Under the pieces are notes generated by a model, which had not been told where the DNA came from, ran no database searches, and saw only the letters and a program-made list of their open reading frames with translations. A DNA stretch of 64,000 bases, taken from assembly GCA_000091205.1 (NCBI GenBank), contig AP006493.2. One strand, written 5' to 3'. This document shows positions 45,075 through 56,098 of this stretch, in pieces. How positions within the stretch are numbered: position 1 is the stretch's first letter; each line of letters begins with the position of its first letter. The DNA is from Cyanidioschyzon merolae (taxonomy: Eukaryota). A program made the position numbers and the translations under genes.

Positions 45075-47018
45075 ACAGAGGTTCGTGCGCATCGACACCC
45101 CTGATGTTTCTGATTCGTCACCTGAAGAGAAACACAGAGACGTCTTCGAAACCTGGCGTCGTCGTCGTCGTCAACAACAGCGCCCAGGAATTCGCTGCTT
45201 TAGTTTTACGTATAAACAAGCGGGTCGTTGCAGCGGGGCGCGCAACGCACCATGCCATCGAGCGAGACACGCTTCCGCGGAACACGCGCTACACATGCGA
45301 CTCAGAGTAAAAATGGAACAATGAACTGGTTGCGCTGTTGCTGCCGATCGAACTCTTTTACATATACAGCCTCAACATTTGAACTGCAGGCAAAAAGGCT
45401 TACGCGCACATATGTAGCTTTAGGATTTTCGGTCGTGTATTTTGGTGTGGATCCTTGGACGCCTTGCAACTGGAATTTGTTACGTCACCGGAATGGCGAT
45501 GATTCGCGACATTTTCGAACAAGGGTTTGTAAAATAAACGATGTCATTATTCCAACCATACATGCTAGACTCCATTCTTCTAACATCCCTATTTGTGGCA
45601 GGATGGAGCATGTATGCTTCAGGTTTCCGATCTGTCTGCCTCAAGTTCAATTGTGGGCGCAACCATTCGCGCCGCTAGACTCACGAGGAACGCAAAACTC
45701 GACGACGTCGTCGTCGCTTGAGGGCGTCCTCACGTGCTCATGCCGCAAGTCCATTTAAGTTGGCATATCGACGAAACGCCTCCAGCGGAGAGTGCGTCAT
45801 CGCATTGCTCGGAAGGAGCATGAACCGATCGAGATTTCTCAACTTGTTTTCCAGCCTGGATTCTAATTCGGATGCTTAATTCCCCATGGACCATATCACG
45901 TACCACAATACCTCCACCGAATGGAACAGCGTACTTGCCGGGGGCATCGCCAGTGAGAAGCACGTGATCGTAGCATACGACAGCGGGTGCGAAAACGGAA
46001 GAGGGTATCGACGGGAGCCTTCCATACCCGTCAATAGCGTGTAGGGACGGACACAGAAAGCCTTCACGCACCACAGGGTGACTCTCGGAGGCGAATGAGG
46101 TGCTGTGGACCTATGCAAACCCCTGAACGCCGTCAAGTGTCGCCGCTCCGAAAAGCGCACCGCAGCTGCATCCAAAGAAGATGGACATGAGAAGCGAAGT
46201 GTAGATCTCTATTTCCATCGGTCCATGAAATGCATCGACAACGGCCCGAATCTTCCACATTGGAGCTTGCACGCTGGGATCAATAGCGTTCGACCGCTGA
46301 CAAGCGGACTGGCGAGACCAGCGTACGTAAAGCCGGCGATAGCAAGTAGGACAAGGAAGCGATCGCGGAAATCGCTCGCAAAGGCTGCAGTTGATGACAC
46401 GGCGACGCTTCGCAAGCTTTTGTTTGTTCGCCCGTGTTGGCTGTGTGTGAGTTCATTCCACGCAAGTCTCGCATGTGTGTATCACGCTGCACGAGCGCGC
46501 CTCATTCGGTCAACAGGTATGCGATACCGTTGCTGAACGCTCGCTACATCCAAACCGTTCGCGGGTCCACGGGGCAATGATTTTCTTGACTCCATACCAA
46601 GCAAGTATTCGAGGCAGCCAGTACCGGGATGCTGTGCAAGTCTCCACGCCTGCCGTCGCGCCGCCTCAGCCGCTGATTTCTGTTCGTACGGTACCCTGGG
46701 ATGCACTGGTGCACGCTGTCAACCAAGGTCTGCGCAGCGTGTGCACCCATGCCACTTGTCAATCACCGGTTTGCAGCGCGTTGCAAATCCTTTCCAGCTG
46801 CACGCTGCAAAAAGCAGAACGATTCATTTACTCACAGCATACCCTTCGAGAAGAAATCTACTGAAACGGATACATACCGCTGCTGGCGGCTTCCAGATAA
46901 TACTATGGATGCAGCGGAGAAAAAAGGCACTCGCTGCCCGAAACGCGATTTCACCGACTCTGCCTCGCTACAGATGCCGAGTTACCGGGGGCATCGGCGC
47001 TCATGCGCTGCCGCCTGT

Positions 47019-48158
47019 CTATTGCGGATTCGCCTGAACCCCATCCACGTTGTAGAGCCGCTCCCAACTGATACCGAGCTCACCCAGGAGAAACGATGTC
47101 TGCGGATTCGGCGCCGTTTCATTTCCGTATCCCGGTGCTGGTGTCTCGGACGCTCGCTTCTGTCGAGTGCTTTCAAATACGCGCTGCAAAGCTGCCAGAC
47201 TGATCGAGCCGCTCGGTTCCCGCTCGCCTCGATAATGGCGCTGTACGCAACGAAGCCACCGCAGATCATATTCCATATCTGACACCGGATCAGCGGATTC
47301 GGCGCCCGGTAACTCAACGAACGTGAGGAACGGACACCCGGGAAGCGTCTGATCCAAAGCAGTAAAGGAGGTACCCTGTGGTGTTGATGCCGCAAACCGG
47401 CAGTGATGGTGCGCCGCAAACCAGTACCGGGGAGCGGCGCTGCTCTCCATGAGTTCCGCGAGGGCCGGCGACCCGTCTATACCGCGCTGGTGTGCCCGTT
47501 GCATCCACTGCTTGCGCGTCCACAGCGTGGAGCAGTCACCGTACGCCATGACACCACGCGGCCAATCATGAGATAGGAAGACATGGCACCGGTCCCGAGA
47601 AGCGATGTCGGTCTCCGGAGAAAACGAACCACCATAGAACGCGTTCCAGTGGAGTGCATGCAAAAGCAGACGCCATTCGGTCTTGCGCGTGTGATACACA
47701 GTGTGAATCTGTGAACCATGGAGAAGGACGCCTTCATCACGCGGTCGAAAATAATCTTTCGGGTAGTAAATGCCGCTGATACCGCCAATTCGATAGTCAT
47801 GACGGGCATTGCGCAGGATCCCCGCTCGACCGAGGTAGAAGATTCGCGGTGCAACCCAGCCTCCGAGCGGGATCTCCTGCAGATAACGCGAGGCCTCGTG
47901 ATTCCCGCCAATGAATATGGTAAGGCAGGGCGCGGTCTTCTCGCCGGAGTAGTATTTGGGAAAGTCCCCAAGTTCCCGATACTGACGCGGACATGACATG
48001 CTTTTGAGGTCCTCCTCATCGCGGATGCTTTGAAAGTCTCCGCAGCATAAAAGGAGCTTACATTGGATGCCCCGTGTGTGCGTTTCTTCGATAAACTGCT
48101 CGTAGAGAAAGTCCAGTCGTCCGTGGACGCAACCGGCAACACCGAGCCACACCATCAA
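47019..48158 (-). CDS. DBR1: Lariat debranching enzyme DBR1, a metallophosphoesterase.
   Basis: The N-terminus is collinear with human DBR1: GVAGCVHGRLDFLY, LLLCCGDFQSIRDEEDL, YYSGEKTAPCLTIFIGGNHEAS, GGWVAPRIFYLGRAGIL, RIGGISGIY, VFLSHDWPRGV and YWFAAHHHCRFAA. Confidence 0.9.
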   Translation of the reverse strand: MMVWLGVAGCVHGRLDFLYEQFIEETHTRGIQCKLLLCCGDFQSIRDEEDLKSMSCPRQYRELGDFPKYYSGEKTAPCLTIFIGGNHEASRYLQEIPLGGWVAPRIFYLGRAGILRNARHDYRIGGISGIYYPKDYFRPRDEGVLLHGSQIHTVYHTRKTEWRLLLHALHWNAFYGGSFSPETDIASRDRCHVFLSHDWPRGVMAYGDCSTLWTRKQWMQRAHQRGIDGSPALAELMESSAAPRYWFAAHHHCRFAASTPQGTSFTALDQTLPGCPFLTFVELPGAESADPVSDMEYDLRWLRCVQRHYRGEREPSGSISLAALQRVFESTRQKRASETPAPGYGNETAPNPQTSFLLGELGISWERLYNVDGVQANPQ

Positions 48159-51100
48159 CGCGCTGTACGCGGCGGATACGCGTGTTGTACGAGTCGAAGC
48201 GTCCGCAGGTAGACGTCTTATCGAGAGCGCTGCCTTGTACCAGCGGGCGCTTTTGATGAAGCACGCGACCTTGGGTAGAGCGGCGGAGCTGCTGTAGCTG
48301 CCCGGGCCTTTGTCCTCCAGAGACAGCGTAGTGTGCGCGCAGGCTTGCGTGTCACGCTATGGTCCTCGACTCGAGCACCGTTGTGCTGCTTTCGAATCGG
48401 GCTCTGGTGGACGCTACGCCGTTCACTGACCTAAACAGCTAGCTACCTCGTCGGAAACCTGCTCGAATACGAGCGCTGACACTGCCAACTTGGAGGAGCC
48501 TGGTCCCCAGCTGACTCGAGGAGTCGCGGGCGACGTCCAAGGCACGTCTCTGTCAACTGTTTAGTCCGTTAAACGACGAGCCCGAACTTTCGTGAAGAGC
48601 CCTCGCGTTTTTTCTTGTCAACGAGCTTGGACGACAGATCTGGGGTACCTGAGCGCCCAGACCATGAGCAGAGCTGTACCTGCAGCGCCTCTGGCTACCA
48701 GCGGTTGACAGTGCAGCGAAAGCGAGTATCCAATGCCGTGCCGTACCGCACCGCACCGCACCGTTCTTTACCGAGTAGTGTAGTGCAGTGCTCTCTGACG
48801 CTCAGAGGAGAAGACTTTAGCGAAACTCACTGCTGATGCCGACGCTATGGTGTTCTGGGAAAGATGGTCAGGTCGTTGAGTTCGGTATGAGACGCGCTAG
48901 GCACTCGCGAAACTTTACTGAGAGCGTTCTGTGTTGCGGAGAGACCTGGTTCCAGCGAAAAGACCTCCGCGCTAGTCGAAATGGCTGGACTCGCGGGTGC
49001 ATCAAGGGAACACGATTTCAGAAGACGGTCGACTAAGAGACTATTTACCTGCACAGGTTTCTTTCGTTTGTGTATGCTTTCAGAGAACTGCAGCTTGCCT
49101 GCATCGCCACGTTTTCCAGGACACAGCGTTTTCAATTCGAGCAGCGAGTTTGAGAGTACTTGCACCAGCGAACCTTTTCTCTGTTTCTATTTTTCTCGCA
49201 GGAATCGAAGAATGGGACGCCACTTTCCCAGAGTGAAGAAGGTTTCCGGAAAGAGTTTTATTCTGCCACTTGAAGCTTGCGAAAAAACGGCAATACTTCC
49301 ATGATTCTGTCATTCTGAGGTCAGCGAGTGGATGGACCACCCTTTCCGTAGTCCCGTGTTCTGAGCATCATGCACCGGCATCAGAACTTTTTACATGTTA
49401 GCGACACGACTGTATCCTCGAAACCCCATTCCACATCACATGTTCTCGTAGAAAGATTATGGAGCATGCCACAGGGTCTGAAGTTTCTACACTCATGCTA
49501 CGAACCGCGGTTTGGAGACACGGAGGCACAATACGTCCGCCTCTGTTGAGGATTGTGATGCATTGACTACCCCGCTATCGATGACGTATGAAACGCGAAT
49601 GCTTCCAACAGCAGCGACGGGTGCTCGTCTTGCTCAGTCAAACTTCCTTCAGATGCAATGGTAGACCTGGATATGGGTACTCAAAAAAAGGGAAAACCGC
49701 TGTTTGTAAAGGAAAGACACGCGAAAATGCCGAGAATATCATCCGTCGCAGCCATTCCATCGCATAGGCACCTCTGAATCGCCAACTAGATAGGATCCTT
49801 CAAGACATCATCCTTCGTTGAAGCATTCTTCGCGGCTTCTGCCTCGCACATACCTCTGTCCTGCTGTTGGACAACGTCGCCGTCCATCGCGAGAAAAAAC
49901 CCGGTCAAGGCATACGCAGCTGTGATTGGCGTTGAGCTGCTGATAGCACCAGCCTATGCTCTTTGGTTCAATTGAGTCGAAGGCGTCTCGTCGGTTGTCG
50001 AACGCAAGGTCAACGCGCACGGTCCAATAGACGAGTCGTTCGCATTCGCGTAAACGAATGGTGCGGGACGCCACCAGGGACCGTATAGCGTCGTACGCGA
50101 GGAGTTCTCGCCTAGCTTCTATCGCCCTGAAGCACCTCGGTAAGGAAACGTTCGTGAGCGTTACGGACGGAAGGCTGCACGCTGTGAATATTCCTATGGA
50201 ATTTTTGGATCGGCCCGACGTGCGACAGCACACTTGATGCAGGAAGTGAAGATGCGATGCAGTAGGGGGGTAGGACCAGGGATTGGCGCAGGTGCTTCCC
50301 AGAATAACTTGACACGTCACCACGCGACGTCGAAGATCGAAAAACCTAGAATGCATATGCGAAGTGCCATCAGACCAGGTTCAAGGATGCAAAGCGTATG
50401 CAGGTGAATCCGGAACGCTTCCCAATGCGCACTCTCTAAGCATTGTACGCGGTGGACCCTCATTATCGTATCGCGACAGAGAGGGCGACTGTCTGCAGGG
50501 ATCCCCAGCTTATCGATGGAGGCAAGCGACGGCCTGGTGATGTCTAAAGAGCTCGCGGTAGTACTGAGTTCTGGTTCGTATCGTCTGTGCTCATAGGGTT
50601 GCTCTCGACCTCGGACCGCCGCACATTGCATCCAAAGGACAGTGGAAACGTGATACCCACGTTTCGTGGATCTCGCGCAAATACGTTTTCCTGAACAAGG
50701 CTCCTCGACGCGATACAGACTTCCTCTCTCGATCCGAGCGTCGTATCCTCCTCAAATGACTATGCGATGTGGCCCATATTTCGGGAGATTAAGGCCCATT
50801 ATACCGCCGTAGGCGATTACCTACTGCACTGTGGAGCTTCCTCGATGGGGTACGGCCTGTCTCTGGGTATAACAATGCTGTGCTCGACCGAATTCGTCAA
50901 ATGCGGTAGCGAAGCGCGTTTATGGACGCTCGTATACTGAAAAGTATCGGAATGAATTGTACACGGACGATGAATACCAGAGAAATCTCAGTCTGAATAC
51001 AGTTCGTAAAACCAAGGCCTGACTAAAACAACAAGACTCAATTTTCAGCGGTAAGTGCAGGGAAAGACGTGGTGATACGCGTGGATCCCTGGTTGAAGAG

Positions 51101-52478
51101 CATCATGGCCGTCGTGGTACCTCTATATCAAGAGTGCGGTTCCAAAGACCCGGCAGACAAACAGATCAAGCTCCTCGACTTGTTCTGAGTTCAAACTGAT
51201 CGAGATTCGGGCATCACAGACGCCGTGGTGCATACCAACAACTAGAGTAAAGACTTGGCATTCATCTGGGCGGGGTCAGACCCGTGTCGAGCATCGGACG
51301 ATGCTTTGTGCGCTTCATTGCAAGAGTACGTGAGCGTGCATACGGTTCATGCAGACCATCCCTAGCACAAGTACACCAGACCGCCTTGAGGTCGCCAGCG
51401 GTTTCCGTTCTACGGAGGCATGAAGCGTGCTTTCGCGAACTTGTTCAATCAATTGGAAAACAAAATTACCGACGATTTGCTTCGTCTGGCGGCGGCTTCT
51501 CGCCCTTGACATGCTGCACTCCTGATCCTTCGACGAGAGCGTAGAGCGAATGCAGGACTCGATGCCCTACGTGTCCCGTCGAGGCATCACGACGACGTCA
51601 ACGCATCACGAGCACGGCTGCACGCTGAAACTGATGGGCGAGAACAGCATGAGAAAGAGACGGATACACGAGCTGGTGCACGTTGAGCAAGCCGAACGTC
51701 AGCTGGCGAGGTTATCGAATGTAAGCAGCTTGCTATGGCGTGATTCTACCAGCGACCGTGCGCGCAAGCACTTTCTGCCCCTGGACTTGAACACATCCCT
51801 CAACGTCTAGAAAAGCGTCGCGCTGCTGGAGCGTCCGGCGTTCTAGTGTCCAGCGAGCTTTTCAGACACGGAATCGTTTCGTCGTTTCTATAGACATTGT
51901 GCTGAAATGCCGGCGACTAGAAATGGAATAAACCAGTGTTCAGAAGAGAGGACACTGGCTTTCCGTATTGAGTAAGGCATTGGTGGGCCATGGTCCAGCG
52001 ATCGAGAAATGCTGAAGCGTGGTATACTTACTCCGGGAACATTTCTCCAAGGCAATTGATGAATGTTCATGATCTCCCGCGATTCGGTATTACTGAGTAG
52101 AGCATGCCCACGCGCTGGCGCTGTAGCTAGGTGCCTGTAACGAAGAGAGCGCCGTCGCTCCCGTTATCTTTGCCAGCGCTCCAGATCACCTGATACCCCT
52201 GATTTCCTGCATACCAATCTACAAAACGTCTCTTTTGGCGCAGAAACCTATTCGACTATATCGAGGTTTTGGTGTGGAAGCAAAACGTATCCGCGTCCAG
52301 AACTGACGCATGGACATCGATTGGGTTCCAAGCGTACGCGCAACACATGGACAGCGTTTCGTTGCTCAGGCACGATACGAATCCAAAACCGCGTACGCAT
52401 ACCGAGGATATCTTGGGGATGCGCGCTGAGGCAGCGGCTGCACTTAATGCACTCGGCACACATAACAGGAGGCTTCAA

Positions 52479-53798
52479 CTAGTCGCGCGGTATCCGAGTG
52501 TCCTCCGCCCAAGGCCGTTGAGTTTTGGTTGGTGTCGGCTGCACAACGAGCGCTTGCGTCCGATCCAGTACTCCAGCTCGCGACTGATTCCATGGATATG
52601 GCTCCTCCTCGAATGCCGCCCGTTGAAGTGTTTCGCGCTTGGGCAAGCGCTCCGCCGCTACGCATTGGAATCGAATCGCTGAGATGGCAAGCGGCGGACT
52701 GCAACGCCCATCATCGTATTCCAGTTGTACGGTATCGATCGGATGTCCCCAGACCCGTCGAATAGTTGCGTAGAACACGACTTGGCAGTCGTCATCCATT
52801 TGCAGGACTCGCGTATGCAGCCAATGACCGGTTTCAGCGCGCTCCGCCAGCATCAGCTTTCCAAGCGGGTCTTGGAAACCGCCGTTTGGGGACGGCTCCA
52901 CATTGGCCCAGAAGCCTTCGATTCCATCTGTGGTCCGTATCCAGAAGCGATTGCTTTCACGGTAAAAACCGCAAACGCAAAGGAATTGCGGGGCTTTTAG
53001 CGCCTCCGGAAACAGAAGCTGACTGCAAATGGCACTTTCGTTGCTGCTTGCGAACGTGTGGATCGTCACTGGTCCCCAAAACCGGATCCACGAACATTGC
53101 CAGTTCTTTCGACTCCACACCAAGCGAAAGCGTCTGGTACCATGGTGTGTGTCGTAAATGCGTTGCGCGGGCGGAGTGTTGCACATCGCGCCAGCTCCTG
53201 CTGAGTCATTTGCTCTTTGCTGCTGGGTTACTTCTCCGAACCGTCTCGGAGAGCAACCTGAAGGAGACTCGGGCACTGTCGACGCATGCTCCTCAGATGT
53301 CTGCAGCGCAACGGACTGCTGTGTGGGCTCAGCGCTGAGCGTGGTCGCGCTGCCGCTGTCGCTCTGGTCCGTCGCCTTGCTCGTGCCTGTCGCCGTCTCA
53401 GAAGCACTGTTCGGCGATAGGCTGGAGCATATCTGTGCCAGAGACCCCTCTACGTCGCGAACACGACAGTGAAGTTTTACCAGACTATTTTCTAGCGCTT
53501 GCACAAGCATCCACAGCTTCTGTTGCTGTTGCTCCAGCGCACGAAGGCCTTGGATGCGTACCACGTACTCATGAGGTACCTCAGACGCTGCACTATTCCC
53601 GCAAACGTCTGTAACTAGCTCGACTGGACACTCATGCGACGAGACCTTGTCGGCCGTAGGCGAGCCGTTTGCGATTTCAAAGAACGTAACCGCATCACGA
53701 GAGCGTTTGCGAGCGCTGACACCACGTCCCGGTCTCTGACGACGCACGACTGGAGTACGGTTCGCGATTAGCGGCTGCGGCTGCGCACCCGTCAACAT
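52479..53798 (-). CDS. Hypothetical 439-aa protein with an N-terminal coiled coil and a globular C-terminal domain I cannot assign.
   Basis: The frame is long and open, with a coiled-coil-like LEQQQQKLWMLVQALENSLVKLHCRVRDVEGSL. The C-terminal 150 aa are non-repetitive (FWANVEPSPNGGFQDPLGKLMLAERAETGHWLHTRVLQMDDDCQVVFYATIRRVWG). No confident family. Confidence 0.5.
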   Translation of the reverse strand: MLTGAQPQPLIANRTPVVRRQRPGRGVSARKRSRDAVTFFEIANGSPTADKVSSHECPVELVTDVCGNSAASEVPHEYVVRIQGLRALEQQQQKLWMLVQALENSLVKLHCRVRDVEGSLAQICSSLSPNSASETATGTSKATDQSDSGSATTLSAEPTQQSVALQTSEEHASTVPESPSGCSPRRFGEVTQQQRANDSAGAGAMCNTPPAQRIYDTHHGTRRFRLVWSRKNWQCSWIRFWGPVTIHTFASSNESAICSQLLFPEALKAPQFLCVCGFYRESNRFWIRTTDGIEGFWANVEPSPNGGFQDPLGKLMLAERAETGHWLHTRVLQMDDDCQVVFYATIRRVWGHPIDTVQLEYDDGRCSPPLAISAIRFQCVAAERLPKRETLQRAAFEEEPYPWNQSRAGVLDRTQALVVQPTPTKTQRPWAEDTRIPRD

Positions 53799-54160
53799 GC
53801 ACCTGGTGCGGCGCGTTCTAGCAACCGCCTGTAAGTCTGGCCCTGAACGCTGCTCACCGCCGAAACAGCTTCATAAGCATCCACGCGCCAGATACGCTTC
53901 CCGTCGATGATGCAGTCGGTGCATCGTCGGCTGTAGCATCGCCCGTGTGCATCTGGGGGCGGAGATGATAATGCCGCCAGGGCGCCTGCAGGATGCAGTG
54001 CGCACGGCTCCGGCAACGCGAAGGCTCTATATGCCGCCTCCGTGACGATTGCGCGCTGGAATCGCGGATCGCGCGCACCATCCGATCAACACGCGCTCGG
54101 GCGATATTTCTCATATATTGTCCGTTTAGTATAGAAAGGTATGAAATATGGTAGGCACGT

Positions 54161-55069
54161 TTGCTTCTGCGAGGTGTGTACTCCGCTCGCGGCAGGTGTC
54201 CATTTGCAATCCGGACATTGATGGACATCATTGGAATGGAGCGCTCCCCAGCTGTGCGGCGAGCGTGCCTGCATCCGGGAGCGGCTCCTGCGCCGACGCA
54301 CACCAATTCTCGACGGGTCTTTTGCCTATTCATCAACTCTGAACATCTGTATCGCTCCGTTTTGCAACACCGCGTCCCTAAAAGCGCACACTGCTTCGTC
54401 GACGCATTGGGTACTGCTTCGTTTGCGGTCACGGTCATGTTTGTCTCTGGACTTCCTGGCTCAATTGGTGTTCGCTGTTTTTCTCCAAGAAGGGAGCACC
54501 TGAGGCAGTGCTGCACCGTACGACGCCTACAGTGCGCAGCACAGGACCTCGTCCAGCCGAATGAGGAGTTCGAGCTCGTGGTTTCCGATGAGCCGCTCGG
54601 ACCACCTGATTCCGCGGACGAGGAGGCCACACCTGTTGCAGCCTCTGGTCGTGGCACCGGCTCGGAAGCCGTCGCTCCCGGGGAGGGCGGGCGCACCCGT
54701 GGCGAGCGTCGCCGCTCCCTTCGCTCGAGTGCAAGCTGGGCAAACATTTTTGTTGCACCGTTCGGACGCAAGGGTACCGGTAGTAGGCCGCACTTGGACT
54801 TGCGTCCTCCTAGTGTACAGACTCGCGGGGCCTCCGACGTCATCACCTGTCCGGACTGCAAGGGCACGGGCTTGAGCATCTGCTACATTTGCAACGGTTC
54901 ACACTTTTACAAACCAAACGGTGAGGTGATTGAGTGCCCCGCTTGCCACGGCAAAGGGAGGCGAACCTGCATTCATTGTTACGGACAAGGCAAAGTTGCC
55001 GAACTCGGTGGTGACTGGTGGAAGTACGGCGTGTTAAACTGGTTCAAACGCCGTGGGAAGGGAATGTAG
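54161..55069 (+). CDS. DnaJ-type CxxCxGxG zinc-finger protein (BSD2 / LQY1 / plastid DnaJ-like zinc-finger family). The true start is probably internal, for example Met at 54437, which gives about 210 aa with a basic, Ser/Arg-rich transit-peptide-like N-terminus.
   Basis: The C-terminus reads VITCPDCKGTGLSICYICNGSHFYKPNGEVIECPACHGKGRRTCIHCYGQGKV, that is four CxxC(x)G repeats. The upstream half is overlapped antisense by a low-complexity 341-codon ORF (53854..54879) that I judge spurious. Confidence 0.65.
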   Translation: MLLRGVYSARGRCPFAIRTLMDIIGMERSPAVRRACLHPGAAPAPTHTNSRRVFCLFINSEHLYRSVLQHRVPKSAHCFVDALGTASFAVTVMFVSGLPGSIGVRCFSPRREHLRQCCTVRRLQCAAQDLVQPNEEFELVVSDEPLGPPDSADEEATPVAASGRGTGSEAVAPGEGGRTRGERRRSLRSSASWANIFVAPFGRKGTGSRPHLDLRPPSVQTRGASDVITCPDCKGTGLSICYICNGSHFYKPNGEVIECPACHGKGRRTCIHCYGQGKVAELGGDWWKYGVLNWFKRRGKGM

Positions 55070-56098
55070 CACTCGCGGAGCAGTCGCTATAGAGACGCGG
55101 ATGGCACGGATACATCGAGAGAGCGCAAGAGAGCAAGAGGGCGCCCTGCGTTATTTGCGATCTTGTAGTCTAGACTCATGTGAGCGTCAAATAGAACAGG
55201 TCCACTTTGTTAACTCGGGCGTGCACGTTACACTCATGCCAGCGTAAAATGGAACAGGTTTCCACACACGGGCGTGCACTTTCGGGCAAGAGTGTCCTCG
55301 CATTGTTATCAACAATACCAACCTTTTGCCGCTCTTTTTTGTTCTACGACGGATTCTGTTTCCTCGCGCATTCCTCAGGCTTTCATTACGCCGGTCTCTT
55401 CTTCCGTACCGGTACCCTTGTCAGCCGTTCGTAGGTATTGACGATAGCGTTTGCGTCCTATTTCTCAGCACCCGGCTGCGATCGACGCATTCGATGCGAA
55501 GACGAAGAATGCGATATACGCTTTGCTAGCCATCTCAATTTTCTTCGTTCACTGGCTCCGTGCGCCCTGGGCAGCGGTGCTCGTTGACGGTGCAGAGGTG
55601 TTGCCAGCTTTTACGACATCCGCTCCACCAAGCGCCATCCTGTGGCACGTGAACGCCCGCTTCAACGCTCGGTGCATATGGGTGACGGGTGCAGAAGGCT
55701 CCATTTCATGCATGGATCCGCTTCGGCGCCCGGTGCCGTATCCTACGCCCACGGGCATCTTCATGCGGTTGCCGCTCGACGACTACGCTGTGTGCTGCAC
55801 GTGCAAGTGCAAGATGTTCCATTTGATAAATGACTTGTTGACCAAGATGTTGTCCGCGATGATACAAGCTCTGGAAAGAGCATCCAGACCGGCGAACAAG
55901 TGGACTCCCAGCCCACGAACCTGTTCTATGCAAACAGGAGAGATGCGAGCCACTGGAAGCGTATTGCTTGAAAGGGCGCATGCTGCTGCGGCATGCTGTT
56001 GTCTAACTCTAACAACCTGACCTGGAAGCGCGCACTACATCCGAAACCCTCCAAACGAACCCGATTCTAATCCTTGATTATTCCCGGAGCAAGGGCTC

